Shown: one piece after another, positions 27,302 through 39,549 of the stretch
Numbering within the stretch: the stretch's first letter is position 1
Layout of the letters: every line of letters begins with the position of its first letter
Assembly: GCA_951406725.2 (NCBI GenBank)
Contig: OX597833.1
Span: 45,136,001 to 45,200,000, forward strand
Direction of reading: 5' to 3'
Length of the DNA stretch: 64,000 nt
From: Octopus vulgaris
Lineage: Eukaryota
Position numbers and translations under genes: made by a program
Notes under the pieces: model-generated
Database searches by the model: none
What the model saw: only the letters and a program-made list of their open reading frames with translations
What the model was told of the DNA's origin: nothing

Positions 27302-29262
27302 ATCATCATCATCATCATCATCATCATTTAACGTCCGCTTTCCATGCTAGCATGGGTTGGACAGTTCAACTGGGGTCTGGGGAGCTCGAAGGCTGCACCA
27401 GGCCAGTCAGATCTGGCAGTGTTTCTACAGCTGGATGCCCTTCCTAACGCCAACCACTCTGAGAGTGTAGTGGGTGATTATATGTGCCACCGACACAGGT
27501 GCCAGACGAGGCTGGCGAACGGCCACGCTCGGATGGTGTTTTTTATGTGCCACCGACACAGGTGCCAGATGAGGCTGGCGAACGGCCACGATCGGATGGT
27601 GTTTGTTACATGCCCACAGCATGGAGGCCAGTCGATGCGGTACTGGCTACGGCCACGTTCGGATGGTTTTCTTGTGTGCCACCGGCACTGGTACCACAAA
27701 GATACAAATTCCATTGATGTTCATCTATTTTGATTTGTTTTGATTTTCACTTGCCTCAACAGGTCTTCACAAGTGTCACAAGAAGGAAGGTATGCACAGG
27801 TGGACTGACTATGTCCCAGGTAGGGGCCACGGGTTATGGCCTGACTAGTCTTGCCGGGTCTTCGGATGGTGTTTTTATGTGCCACCGACACAGGTGCCAG
27901 ATGAGGCTGGCGAACGGCCACGATCGGATGGTGTTTGTTACATGCCCACAGCATGGAGGCCAGTCGATTTTTTGTGCCACCGACACAGGTGCCAGATGAG
28001 GCTGGCGAACGGCCACGATCGGATGGTGTTTGTTACATGCCCACAGCATGGAGGCCAGTCGATGTGGTACTGGCTACGGCCACGTTCGGATGGTTTTCTT
28101 GTGTGCCACCGGCACTGGTACCACAAAGATACAAATTCCATTGATGTTCATCTATTTTGATTTGTTTTGATTTTCACTTGCCTCAACAGGTCTTCACAAG
28201 TGTCACAAGAAGGAAGGTATGCACAGGTGGACTGACTATGTCCCAGGTAGGGGCCACGGGTTATGGCCTGACTAGTCTTGCCGGGTCTTCGGATGGTGTT
28301 TTTATGTGCCACCGACACAGGTGCCAGATGAGGCTGGCGAATGGCCACGATCGGATGGTGTTTGTTACGACCCACAGCACAGAGGCCAGTCGGTGCGGTA
28401 CTTGCTACGGCCACGTTCGGATGGTTTTCTTGTGTGCCACCGGCACTGGTACCACAAAGATACAAATTCCAATGATGTTCATCTATTTTGATTTGTTTTG
28501 ATTTTGATTTTCACTTGCCTCAACAGGTCTTCACAAGTGTCACAAGAAGGAAGGTATGCACAGGTGGACTGACTACGTCCCAGGTAGGGGCCACGGGTTA
28601 TGGCCTGACTAGTCTTGCCGGGTCTTCGGATGGTGTTTTTATGTGCCACCGACACAGGTGCCAGATGAGGCTGGCGAACGGCCACGATCGGATGGTGTTT
28701 GTTATGTGCCCACAGCATGGAGGCCAGTCGATGCGGTACTGGCTACGGCCACGTTCGGATGGTTTTCTTGTGTGCCACCGACACTGGTACCACAAAGATA
28801 CAAATTCCATTGATGTTCATCTATTTTGATTTGTTTTGATTTTGATTTTCACTTGCCTCAACAGGTCTTCACAAGTGTCACAAGAAGGAAGGTATGCACA
28901 GGTGGACTGACTACGTCCCAGGTAGGGGCCACAGGTTATGGCCTGACTAGTCTTGCCGGGTCTTCGGATGGTATTTTTATGTGCCACCGACACAGGTGCC
29001 AGATGAGGCTGGCGAACGGCCACGATCGGATGGTGTTTGTTATGTGCCCACAGCACGGAGGCCAGTCGATGCGGTACTGGCTACGGCCACGTTCGGATGG
29101 TTTTCTTGTGTGCCACCGGCACTGGTACCACAAAGATACAAATTCCATTGATGTTCATCTATTTTGATTTGTTTTGATTTGATTTTCACTTGCCTCAACA
29201 GGTCTTCACAAGTGTCACAAGAAGGAAGGTATGCGCAGGTGGACTGACTACGTCCCAGGTAG
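27302..29262 (-). repeat. Head-to-tail array of ~5 copies of a ~335-bp RTE 3'-UTR unit, ending in the RTE (GAT)n tail
   Basis: The marker gatacaaattcc recurs at about 27701, 28128, 28459, 28797 and 29135. The segment 27302-27490 matches the RTE 3' end at 47688-47880. Confidence 0.9.
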
Positions 29263-29620
29263 TGTATATATATATATTATATTAAATTAGAGATATATAT
29301 ATATTATATTAAATTAGGCAAATTAAACAGTGAAAATCATAAGCCAATACATAGAAATAAAATTAATTTAAAAATATATAAAAAATATAAAATATAAAAA
29401 TCCAATTAAAATATTTAAATTAAAGTTAAAATTTTAAAAAATTATTTAAATTAATAATTTAAACTTATAAATTATAAATATGTATATATTTTTATTATTA
29501 TTTTATTTATTTTTTTTTATTTATATTTTTTATTTTTTTATATTTATTTATTTTTTTAAACTATCAAAAAGTATTCAAAGTTTAATATAAATATGTATAT
29601 AGTACATATATATATACATA

Positions 29621-30029
29621 GGCACAGGAGTGGCTGTGTGGTAAGTAGCTTGCTAACCAACCACATGGTTCTGGGTTCAGCCCCACGGCGTGGCAACTTG
29701 GGCAAGTGTCTTCTGCTATAGCCCCAGCCGACCAATGCCTTGTGAGTGGATTTGGTAGATGGAAACTGAAAGAAGCCCGTCGTATATATGTGTATTTATA
29801 TAAGTTTGTGTGTATATGTTTGTGTGTCTGTGTTTGTCCCCCTAGCATTGCTTGACAACCGATGCTGGTGTGTTTACGTCCCCGTCACTTAGCGGTTTGG
29901 CAAAAGAGACCGATAGAATAAGTACTGGGCTTACAAAGAATAAGTCCCGGGGTCCATTTGCTCGACTAAAAGCGGTGCTCCAGCATGGCCGCAGTCAAAT
30001 GACTGAAACAAGTAAAAGAGTAAAAGAGA

Positions 30030-30030
<1 letters not shown>
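29621..30030 (+). mobile_element. SINE family 1 copy
   Basis: Near-identical to 14666-15048. Confidence 0.9.
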
Positions 30031-30084
<54 letters not shown>

Positions 30085-30789
30085 CTATATACATATATAT
30101 ATACATACATATATATACATATATATATGCTATATACATACATATATACTATATACATATATACACTATATACATTCATATACTGACACATTTTTTTCTC
30201 TCTCTCGCCCTAAGGCATTTTTCTAACGCCAGCTCAAAATTTATTTGTCCTGTCGAAAAGACGCTTGTCTGTGACGTCCTATTCTTGTTATTATTATTAT
30301 TATTATTATTGTTTTTACGTATTTTTGTACACTTATTCGTTATTGTTTTTACGTATTTTTGTATTTTTATTTGTGTAACATCGTCCGGTTTTCCGTCCAT
30401 GTTTTGTATACATTCGAGGCTTTCTTCCAAGGAATCTAATGCGCTTGGCTTAGATTTTCCTTTGGGGCTGGCCAGATCGGAGCAATCTCAAGATTAATCA
30501 GCCAAAATTACGAGGATGATCCGGTTCTTGACTGAAGATTGAAGGCTTCGAATGTCCCGTCCGTGTTTTTAGTATCGTCTCCTAAATGTTTTACATTCTT
30601 GTCCCAGTTTGTATTTTTTTACATTTACATATACATATATACATACATACATACACACCCACATATATATACTATATATATATGAGTGAATGGACAAACA
30701 AAAGAAAAGGGCACTCAACACATTTAGTAGGAGTTACAGGTATTATTTAAAACAGTTTGATTTGGTTCTGTGCTTCTTAAAGATTTGCA

Positions 30790-31332
30790 GACCCTGGAAT
30801 GACAGAAAAACTGTGGAGGGAACTTGTGGAAGAGGTAGACCTAGGAAGACATGGGATGAAGTGGTGAACCATGATCTTGGAATGTTTGGACAAGTGAGCC
30901 AGACCTTTAGCGATATGCTGTGCTTGAGAAGACCTATCATGTCAAGTGAAACCATAATCATGGTTGATGGCAGTGTCACATAACAAGCACCCGTGCTGGT
31001 AGCACGTAAGAAACTCATTCTTCGAATGATGGGCGTCACGGAGGTGATAAGTAACTGAGACATTCAATGATATGCTGTGCTTGAGAAGATCTGTCAAGCC
31101 AAGTAAAATTGTAGTTGTGGCTGATCTCGGTGTCATGTAACTGGTACCCATGCCAGTGGCACATAAAAAGCACCTATTACACTCTTGGAGTGGTTGGCAT
31201 TAGGAAGGGCATCCTGTCGCAGTAACCATGCCAAATCAAACTGAAACCTGATACAGCTCTCCAGCTTACCAGTTTCATTCAAACTGTCTAAACCAAGCCA
31301 GCATGGAAAGCAGATACTAAATGGTGATGATG
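30790..31332 (+). mobile_element. 5'-truncated RTE 3' end
   Basis: Encodes TVEGTCGRGRPRKTWDEVVNHDL, then the 3' UTR and a gat-repeat tail. Confidence 0.85.
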
Positions 31333-31392
31333 ATATCTATCTATCTATCAATCTATCTATATGTATATATATATATATATATGTATATATAT

Positions 31393-31488
<96 letters not shown>

Positions 31489-31569
31489 ATGTATATATAT
31501 ATATGTATATATATGTGTATATATATGTATATATGTGTATATATATATGTATATATATATGTGTGTATA

Positions 31570-32545
31570 TCATCATCATCATCATCATCATCGTTTAGCG
31601 TCCGTTTTCCATGCTAGCATGGGTTGGACGGGTCAACTGGGGTCTGTGAAGCTGGAAGGCTTCGTCAGGCCCAGTCAGATCTGGCAGTGTTTCTACGGCT
31701 GGATGCCCTTCCTAACGCCAACCACTCCGCGAGTGTAGTGGGTGTGTTTTACGTGCCACCTGCACAGGTGCCAGACAGAGCTGGCGAACGGCCACGAACG
31801 GATGGTGCTTTTACGTGTCACCGGCATGGGGCCAGGCGATGCTGACAACGGACACGAACGGATGGTGCTTTTACGTGCCACCGACACGGGGCCAGACAGA
31901 GCTGGCAACCGGCCACGAACGGACGGTGCTTTTACGTGTCACCGGCACGGGGGCCAGCCGAGGCTGGCAACGGACACGGACGAATGGTGCTTTTACGTGC
32001 CACCGACACGGGGCCAGACAGAGCTGGCAAATGGCCACGAACGGATGGTGCTTTTACGTGTCACCGGCACGAGGGCCAGCCGAGGCTGGCAACGGACGCG
32101 AACAGATGGTGCTTTTACATGCCACCGACACGGTTGCCAGACAGAGCTGGCAAACGGCCACGAGCGGACGGTGCTTTTACGTGTCACCGGCACGGGGGCC
32201 AGCCGAGGCTGGCAACGGACACGGACGGATGGTGCTTTTACGTGCCACCGACACGGGGCCAGACAGAGCTGGCAAACGGCCACGAACGGATGGTGCTTTT
32301 ACGTGCCACCGACACGGGGCCAGACAGAGCTGGCCAACGGCCACGAACGGACGGTGCTTTTACGTGTCACCGGCACGGGGCCAGGCGAGGCTGGCAACGA
32401 ACACGAACGGATGGTGCTTTTACGTGCCACCGACACGGGGCCAGGCAGAGCTGGCAAACGGCCATGAGCGAATGGTGCTTTTACGTATCACTGGCACGGG
32501 TGCCAGACGAGGCTGACAGCGGACACGAACAGATGGGTCACTTAA
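31570..32545 (-). repeat. RTE 3' end with a 13 x ~61-bp minisatellite of alternating A/B units
   Basis: The core gatggtgcttttacgtgYcaccgRcac recurs every 60-62 bp from about 31745 to 32480 and is attached to the RTE tail at 31570-31745. Confidence 0.92.
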
Positions 32546-33301
32546 CCCCTGCTTTCTGATATATGATTTGATTTTGATTGTTCTCACTGGTCTATGTATA
32601 TATATGTATATGTGTATATATACATGTATATATATGTATATGTGTGTATATATATGTATATAGATGTATATATATATATGTGTGTATATGTGTATATATA
32701 TGTATATATATGTATATATATATACATATACATACACTCACATACACACACACATATATATATATATGTATATATACACACACATACACACACATATATA
32801 TATATATAATCTTAAAATAAAATAGAGAAATACAAATCTTGTAAATACAGCTACCAAGGGCTTTTCGGTCAAAATAATGATGTATTCTGGCATTTATCAA
32901 GCTGAAAACAAGACTATTTTTCAGTTGTCTTTTGAGCAGATAATATTTAAACAAGGGATGCTTGTGAAGAAAAGAAAACACAAGGGAGATAACCAATGTT
33001 ACAAAATTTGATGTCAAGATAAACGAGATGTTAATAGTTTACTAAGTGTCCAGTGGTCTGTTTTTAAATTCAGACAAGATGTATCTCCTGAAATGCAGAC
33101 ATACCGAAAAAAATCTCATTCCTCGAATTTATGCTTTTGTCGGAGTTTCTCAAATGGTAGAGTTTTTTAAGAGGGCACACAACATTTTTTTAGACCCATT
33201 AATATAGAGTTTGGATTTGGAGAGGATTTTCCATTTGATGTTGAAACTGGTCCCTTTGTCTTTAAGTTTCCAGATTAAAGCTGAAAGGGTTGTTGAATGT
33301 C

Positions 33302-33529
33302 GGCGAGCTGGCAGAAACGTTAGCACGCCGGGCGAAATGCGTAGCCGTATTTCGTCTGTCGTTACGGTGTGAGTTCAAATTCCACCGAGGTCGACTTTGC
33401 CTTTCATCCTTTCGGGGTCGATAAATTAAGTACCAGTTACGCACTGGGGTCGATGGAATCGACTTAATACCTATGTCTGTCCTTGTTTGTCCCATCTATG
33501 TTTAGCCCCTTGTGGGTAATAAAGAAATA
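33302..33529 (+). mobile_element. SINE family 2 (Nin/Deu-domain-like core)
   Basis: tRNA-like head (gagttcaaattcc), core gtcgactttgcctttcatcctttcggggtcgataaattaagtacc, perfect 14-bp TSD ggttgttgaatgtc (33288-33301 / 33530-33543). Other copies at ~16957-17170, 21308-21902, 52710-53135, 60645-60811 and 62361-62581(-). Confidence 0.88.
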
Positions 33530-33693
33530 GGTTGTTGAATGTCTCTTATCATGGTACCTAAAATTAGAAAGATGGTTGTTATTATCTAGATTTAAATTTC
33601 CCTTCCACAGCTCTAACATTTGACATCTGTATGACCATTATCACAGTTCACTTAAACCTGTGCTTCATAAACTCAGAAGATATATCATATTCC

Positions 33694-34476
33694 AGATCTT
33701 TTCGGTTTGAACGGCAGTTTTTAACATAATTTCTAGGTAACTAAAAAATCTTTAACTTCATATACTGGTAGAATGTGTTTATAAAACATCATTTTCTCTT
33801 GGCTTTCTTGAGAAAATTCTGTAGTTTGTAACATATTTCGTCTATAATTTCTTGCATTTCAGCAATTTCAACCAATCACTGGCGTCTATTGAGTTAAAAA
33901 GCGTTCTGTACTGTATGAATATGTCCCTCATTTAAGAAACAGATTGGGTTTATTTACATTTGTGAAGAAAAAAAGATACCCTTCCCCCACCCGTAACCCT
34001 AAATCTAAAATAGATTGAAATGCAATAGATCGATTCTACGGTCATAATCATGGGTGACAATTTCATATGACACCGGTAGAGAAAACAGCAGTGTCATATG
34101 AAATTGTCACCCATAATTATGACCCTATTATCGATCTATTGCATTTCAATCTATTTTAGATTTAGGGTTAGGGTTAAGGGTGGGGGAAGGGTATCTTTTT
34201 TTCTTCACAAATGTAAATAAACCCAATCTGTTTCTTAAATGAGGGACATATTCATACGGCACAGAACGCTTTTTAACTCAATAGACGCCAGTGATTGGTT
34301 GAAATTGCTGAAATGCAAGAAATTAAAGACAAAATATGTTACAAACTACAGAATTTTCTCAAGAAAGCCAAGAGAAAATGATGTTTTATAAACACATTCT
34401 ACCAGTATACGAAGTTTAAAATTTTTTAGTTACCTAGAAATTATGTTAAAAACTGCCGTTCAAACCGAAAAGATCC
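33694..34476. mobile_element. Foldback (palindromic) non-autonomous DNA element
   Basis: Arms at ~33695-34073 and 34091-34475 are near-perfect reverse complements around a 17-nt spacer. Candidate 8-bp TSD: catattcc (33686-33693) / catactcc (34477-34484). Confidence 0.9.
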
Positions 34477-34584
34477 CATACTCCTGTACTAGAGGGCATT
34501 TAGATTTGTCTCTATATGTCCATGTATACATATTTGTTGAGATGATTTTCTACTGGTGGATGCCTTTCCTGTTGAGGCAATTGA

Positions 34585-35050
34585 AATTGAAATCAAATTC
34601 GAAGGCTGACATCCGTGTTAGTGGAGTGCTAAGAGCACCATCCGAGCATGATCGTTGCCAGAGTGGCTAACTGGCTTCCATGCCAGTGGCACGTAAAAAG
34701 CACCATTCGAGCATGATCGTTACCAGCGTCGCCTTACTGGCACATGAAAAAACATTCGAGCGAGGTCGTTGCCAGTGCTGCTAGACTGGCTCCTGTGCAG
34801 GTGCCATGTAAAAAGCACCATTTGAGCATGGCCGTTGCCAGTACCGCCTGACTGGCCCTCGTGCCGGTGGCACATAAAAGCACCCACTATACTCTTGGAG
34901 TGGTTGGCGTTAGGAAGGGCATCCAGCTGTAGAAACTCTCCCACATCAAGATTGGAGCCTGGCGCAGCCATCTGGTTTGCCGGTCCTCACTCAAATCGCC
35001 CAACCTGTGCTAACATGGAAAGCAGACGTTAAACAATGATGATGATGATG
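34585..35050 (+). mobile_element. RTE 3'-UTR fragment with ~4 diverged internal modules
   Basis: Repeated gtggcacRtaaaaagcacc modules, then gagtggttggcgttaggaagggcatccagc...gacgttaaac(gat)n. Similar tails lie at about 24300-24690, 40275-40620, 41750-42030, 52205-52640, 56340-56550, 59330-59770, 59840-60020, 62750-62930 and 63160-63340. Confidence 0.85.
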
Positions 35051-35423
35051 GATGCTTTTCCTGTTGCCAAATCTCACTTCCCATGACTGGTGATATTTTT
35101 GCAGAAGACAAGAAATGAAGAACAGCTTTTGCATGATGTTGATGACACTCATTTACAACTAACACATGATATCAACATCAGGAGACACAATATACACAAA
35201 CCCACACATATATATTCATATATCTTTTACTTGTTTCAGTTATTAGACTGCTGCCATGCTGGGGTACCATCTTGAAAAATGTTTAGTCAAATGACCCAGT
35301 TCTTATTTGTTTTTATGCTTGGTACTTATTCTAGTGGTTTCTTTTGTCAAACCATTCAGTTACAGGAACAAAAACAAACCACCACTGGATGTTGAGTGGC
35401 ATTGCCGGACACACACAAAGATA

Positions 35424-35797
35424 TCTCTCTCTATATAAACGGCAGTTTGTCTGTGTGTGTTTCTGTGTGTCTGTCAGGTTGTACCCTCACCCTGACCACG
35501 GCTTTCAACCGATTCTGATGAAACTTGACACACACATAGCCCAATGTCATAATTCAAAACTAACGCAGCGAAAATTTTGAAAAGTTCCCCCAGTTCTGAA
35601 AAAGATCGATAAATTCGACATGGGTTCGACAATCAGAAACACAAACCACAGATGGTCTAGGGGACGCAACTCGACCTTTTTAACTATCAAAAAAAAATTT
35701 ACCATCATTTTTTTGCTATTTTTTGGCTATAACTCTCTAAAAATGCTTTATAGTTATTTCCCTTACAAACCCGAGCAACGCCGGGCGATACTGCTAG
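35424..35797 (+). mobile_element. Non-autonomous Helitron
   Basis: 5' TC; same 3' end cccgagcaacgccgggcgatactgCTAG|T as 22081-22467. Confidence 0.85.
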
Positions 35798-36351
35798 TAT
35801 ATATATATATATATATTATATAAAATCTGTTCTATCTGTCTGTGTGTGTATCTTCTAGGATCTCGGGCATCCTCCATCCGATTGCGCTCAAATTTGATAT
35901 GTAGATACCAACGGTATCAGGGCGTATATAAGTCTTGAAAAAATTACAATAATCGATTCCAGGAGAGAATGCGATCGATAAAGCCGTGGGAATGTGCATT
36001 TTTGCGCAAAAAAAGCTGGCTGGCTGCCACAAAATGCAGTATATTTAAGATACTAAAAAAGTAAGATGCAAAAGAGATATTTTCTTCAAACTTGGCATGA
36101 AGGAAGGAAAGCCTATTTGGTTTCTCAAGAAGTTTTATTTTTTTATTTTATCTAGTTTCAGCTCACGAGCTGTGGCCATGCTGGGGCACCGCCATTTATT
36201 TTTTTTGCCTTAACTTCGTTTAACAAAACCCAAAATTTTATTGAAATAAAGGAATGCTTAATTATTTTTTAATGAAAAGAAAACACTGATTGCTTTTTAT
36301 TCAGCAGATATGATTCAGCACCATCCATTGGACGGGGGGGGGGGGTGCTCG

Positions 36352-36382
<31 letters not shown>

Positions 36383-36875
36383 GATGGGCTTCTTTCTGTT
36401 TACATCTACCAAATCCACTCACAAGGCTTTAATTGGTTTGAGGCTATAGTAGAAGGCACTTCTCAAAGGTGTCTTACAGTGGGACTGAACCTAAAATCAT
36501 GTGGTTCAGAAACTAACTCCTTACTACATAGCCATGCCTGCACCTATATATGTATATATATGATGGACTTCTTTCAGTTTCCATCTACCAAATCCACTCA
36601 TGAATCTTTTGGTCAACCCCAGGCTTTAGTAGAAGACACTTGCCCTAGGTGTCATGCAATAAGACTGGACTTGAAAACATGATTGAAAAGCAAACTTCAT
36701 TTGTCTGTACTACTTTATATACTTATAAAAATTGAAATAAGAAAGAAAACAGTGAATAAAGACGCAAAGAAATTTTCCAAACAATATTTTAATATAAAAC
36801 AAAATAAACTACAACACTATTTTTCTCAAACGAAACTCATCTGTATACAATTTTATATGAAATAAAAAGAATATG

Positions 36876-36914
36876 CTAACGAGCACGACTGTTTATTCCC
36901 ATTATATTCCGTGC
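36876..36914 (-). CDS. COQ9: COQ9 terminal coding exon ARNIMGINSRAR*
   Basis: tatctttcag| acceptor and TAG stop at 36876-36878. Resembles the human C-terminus LKNLTGLNQRR. A minus-strand ATTAAA at 36788-36793, followed by U-rich sequence, is a plausible poly(A) signal. Confidence 0.85.
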   Translation of the reverse strand, partial: ARNIMGINSRAR

Positions 36915-37087
36915 CTGAAAGATAAACAAGATTTAAGTATTAGAAGACAAACATAACCATCAGTTAAAGAGAAGGAAGTTATAGAAGAATGTTAATGTTA
37001 AAAGATTTAAAAAGTGTTTCTTTTTAGTTAAATACAAATATTTTTCATATAAGTTGTCGCCGTTGTCATCATCATTATCATTACACT

Positions 37088-37880
37088 CTGTTTTACTTGT
37101 TTCAGTCATTTGACTGGCGCAGGAGTGGCTGTGTGGTAAGTAGCTTGCTTACCAACCACATGGTTCCGGTTTCATTCCCACTGCGTGGCACCTTGGGCAA
37201 GTGTCTTCTACTATAGCCTCGGGCCGACCAAAGCCTTGTGAGTGGATTTGGTTGACGGAAACTGAAAGAATCCTGTCGTATATATAAATGTGTGCGTGTA
37301 TGTTTGTGTATCTGTGTTTGTCCCCCAAGCATTGCTTGACAACCGGTGCTGGTGTGTTTATGTCCCCGTCACTTAGCGGTTCAGCAAAAGAGACCGATAG
37401 AATAAGTACTGGGCTTACAAAGAATAAGTCCCGGGGTTGAGTTGCTCGACTAAAGGCGGTGCTCCAGCATGGCCGCAGTCAACTGACTGAAACAAGTAAA
37501 AGAGTAAAGAGTAAGAGTTGACTGTGGCCATGCTGGAGCACTGCCTTTAGTCGAGCAAATCGAACCCAGGACTTATTTTTTGGAAGCCTAGTACTTATTC
37601 TATAGGTCTCTTTTGTCGAACTGCTAAGTTACGGGAACATAAACACACCAGCATCGGTTGTCAAGCAATGTTGGGGGGACAAACACAGACACACAAACAT
37701 ATATATATATATATACACAACAGGCTTCTTTCAGTTTCCGTCTACCAAATCCACTCACAAGGCTTTGGTCAGCCCGAGGCTATAGTAGAAGACACTTGCC
37801 TACGGTGCCACGCAGTAGGAATGGACCCGGAACCGTGTGGTTGGTAAGCGAGCTACTTACCACACAGCCACTCCTGCGCC
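37088..37880. mobile_element. Nested pair of family-1 SINEs in opposite orientation
   Basis: A plus copy (37116-37517) sits inside the tail of a minus copy; TTGACT is duplicated at 37110-37115 and 37518-37523. Confidence 0.9.
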
Positions 37881-39051
37881 TGTGTAACAAAATTGAATTG
37901 TTTTTTGTCTTTGGTCAGTATTTATTTTGCAATATTAAGTCATAGGAATTCATTCAACAAAAAAAAATTTCCAATGATTCTGGGATTGGTGGGGAAGAGG
38001 GGAACTACCACCTCATTTTTTTCCTAGCCAAAATAAGGGATTTGCTGCATATTAGGAGGTCAGAGTACTTGATTCAAATTTTTGTTTTTTTTCTTAGTAA
38101 ATATTGTGCAGATGTTAATATAGAAATTTACCATAATGTTGTTGTTATTTAGTCTCAGTTCAACCTTGATACTACAAACCTATCATCAAAGTCATTCCAC
38201 CCTTCAGCAAATCAGCTTTTTAGGGATAATCTAGGATATTACATACAACGGGCATGTGATTTATGTAGGAGGGTATTTTGGCTGCTATTTTTAGTGTGTC
38301 GAGCGACCAGGTAGAGGCTCTTTCATTGGTTTGATTGCGTGATGAGAAATTTTTTTACACATATGTGTAATACATATATCATTGGCAGAAGTTAGAAAAT
38401 AAGTCAAAAGCTGAGAGTTTCATGTATTGGCACTTATCAAACACGAATTCGTCCATTGTCACTCTGTAACTTCTGATGAAATAACTTCTAAAATACAAAA
38501 TTTTGTCAAAAGCGTTAAGAGTAAACCCTGTTCTATGTGACACATTCTACCATTTTAGGAAGTTTGAAAGTGTTTAGTTAAAAAAGATTAATTAAATAAT
38601 CTGGCGAAATTTGAACTCAAAACATAAAGGCAGATGAAATACTGTTAAGCATTTCACCCAGTGCGCTAACATTTCTACCAGCTCACTGCCTTAGAAAATA
38701 AACATTGATTTTAGAAATATATTCTTTATTCTTATTGCTTAAGCATTACTCCCTCATTTCCTTACTGACATGAAATTTCGTAACATTTTACTTCATAACT
38801 CTTTTTCTACTAATTTTTGTTCAATGCAACTAGCGATTCTTAATTCCTCGTGCATTTTTCTATAATTTAATACTAAGAAAAGTATACTGTTAATTTAAAA
38901 TTTTAAAATTTATGTTAATTGAAGATGAATATCTGCCTACTGCTCCCCACCCACCTTGAGGTCACATTATAATTTAATGTAACTTTTTTTCTACTGAATC
39001 AAGTCTCAAACTATTTATGCCAAACTATAGCTGAGGAGGTGTCCTCTTTAA

Positions 39052-39271
39052 CCCTTTCGTTACTGTATTTATTTTGAGATACTCTGTGTTTATTTCAATT
39101 ACTTTAACTATAACAAAGAATTTAGTAAAATAACTTAGTTATCATTCAGCTAGTGTTAGGAACATAAATTGTGACTAAGGTTTGGTGGAAGATATTAATT
39201 CAAAACTTATGAAAACAAGACATTTGTACTCAGAACCAGAGCCGGTTTCAGCCGGGTTGGTAACGAAAGGG
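39052..39271. mobile_element. piggyBac-type MITE family A (other copies ~13535-14160, 16499-16727, 56549-56764)
   Basis: TTAA on both sides; perfect 12-bp TIRs CCCTTTCGTTAC / GTAACGAAAGGG. Confidence 0.88.
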
Positions 39272-39549
39272 TTAAAACTATTAACAGTTTGCAATTTAGT
39301 TGAGAACTGAATTAGTGGTGGAACTTGGAAGCTGCTGCAATTGACGAAATGGTGGACTTGAGAATATATTCAACCACTACCATGGTTGAATGATACTTTC
39401 ACTAGATCCGTTTGCAGCACTAATTATATTACCAAAATAGCAAATGTCAGCTGAGCAGACAATGGGCTTAATTCCATGACTCACTGATACTAACTTCTAC
39501 TGGCTAAAGCTCTGTTCCTCAGTTATAGATCCTGGTTGCACTACTAACT

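Noticed and set aside
27500-27600. Ribozyme-like words in the RTE UTR modules (cagatgag...gcgaac; minus strand gccagcctcgtctggc)
   Set aside because: The hammerhead boxes are broken (CAGATGA, GAAC), and I could not build HDV-like P1/P2/P1.1 pairings by eye
29262-29620. Extremely AT-rich segment resembling an organellar control region
   Set aside because: Low-complexity sequence between repeats; no mitochondrial gene or tRNA is recognisable
30525-30560. CTGAAGA followed by gaag/cttc in a probable repeat at 30200-30620
   Set aside because: It lacks GAAA (has GAAT) and has no convincing helix I or III
31742-32559. Three overlapping 207-241 aa ORFs and a CRISPR-like repeat/spacer look
   Set aside because: The stop-poor GC-rich unit keeps all frames open. 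The inter-core segments are homologous to each other rather than unique spacers, there are no cas genes, and the context is a eukaryotic LINE UTR.
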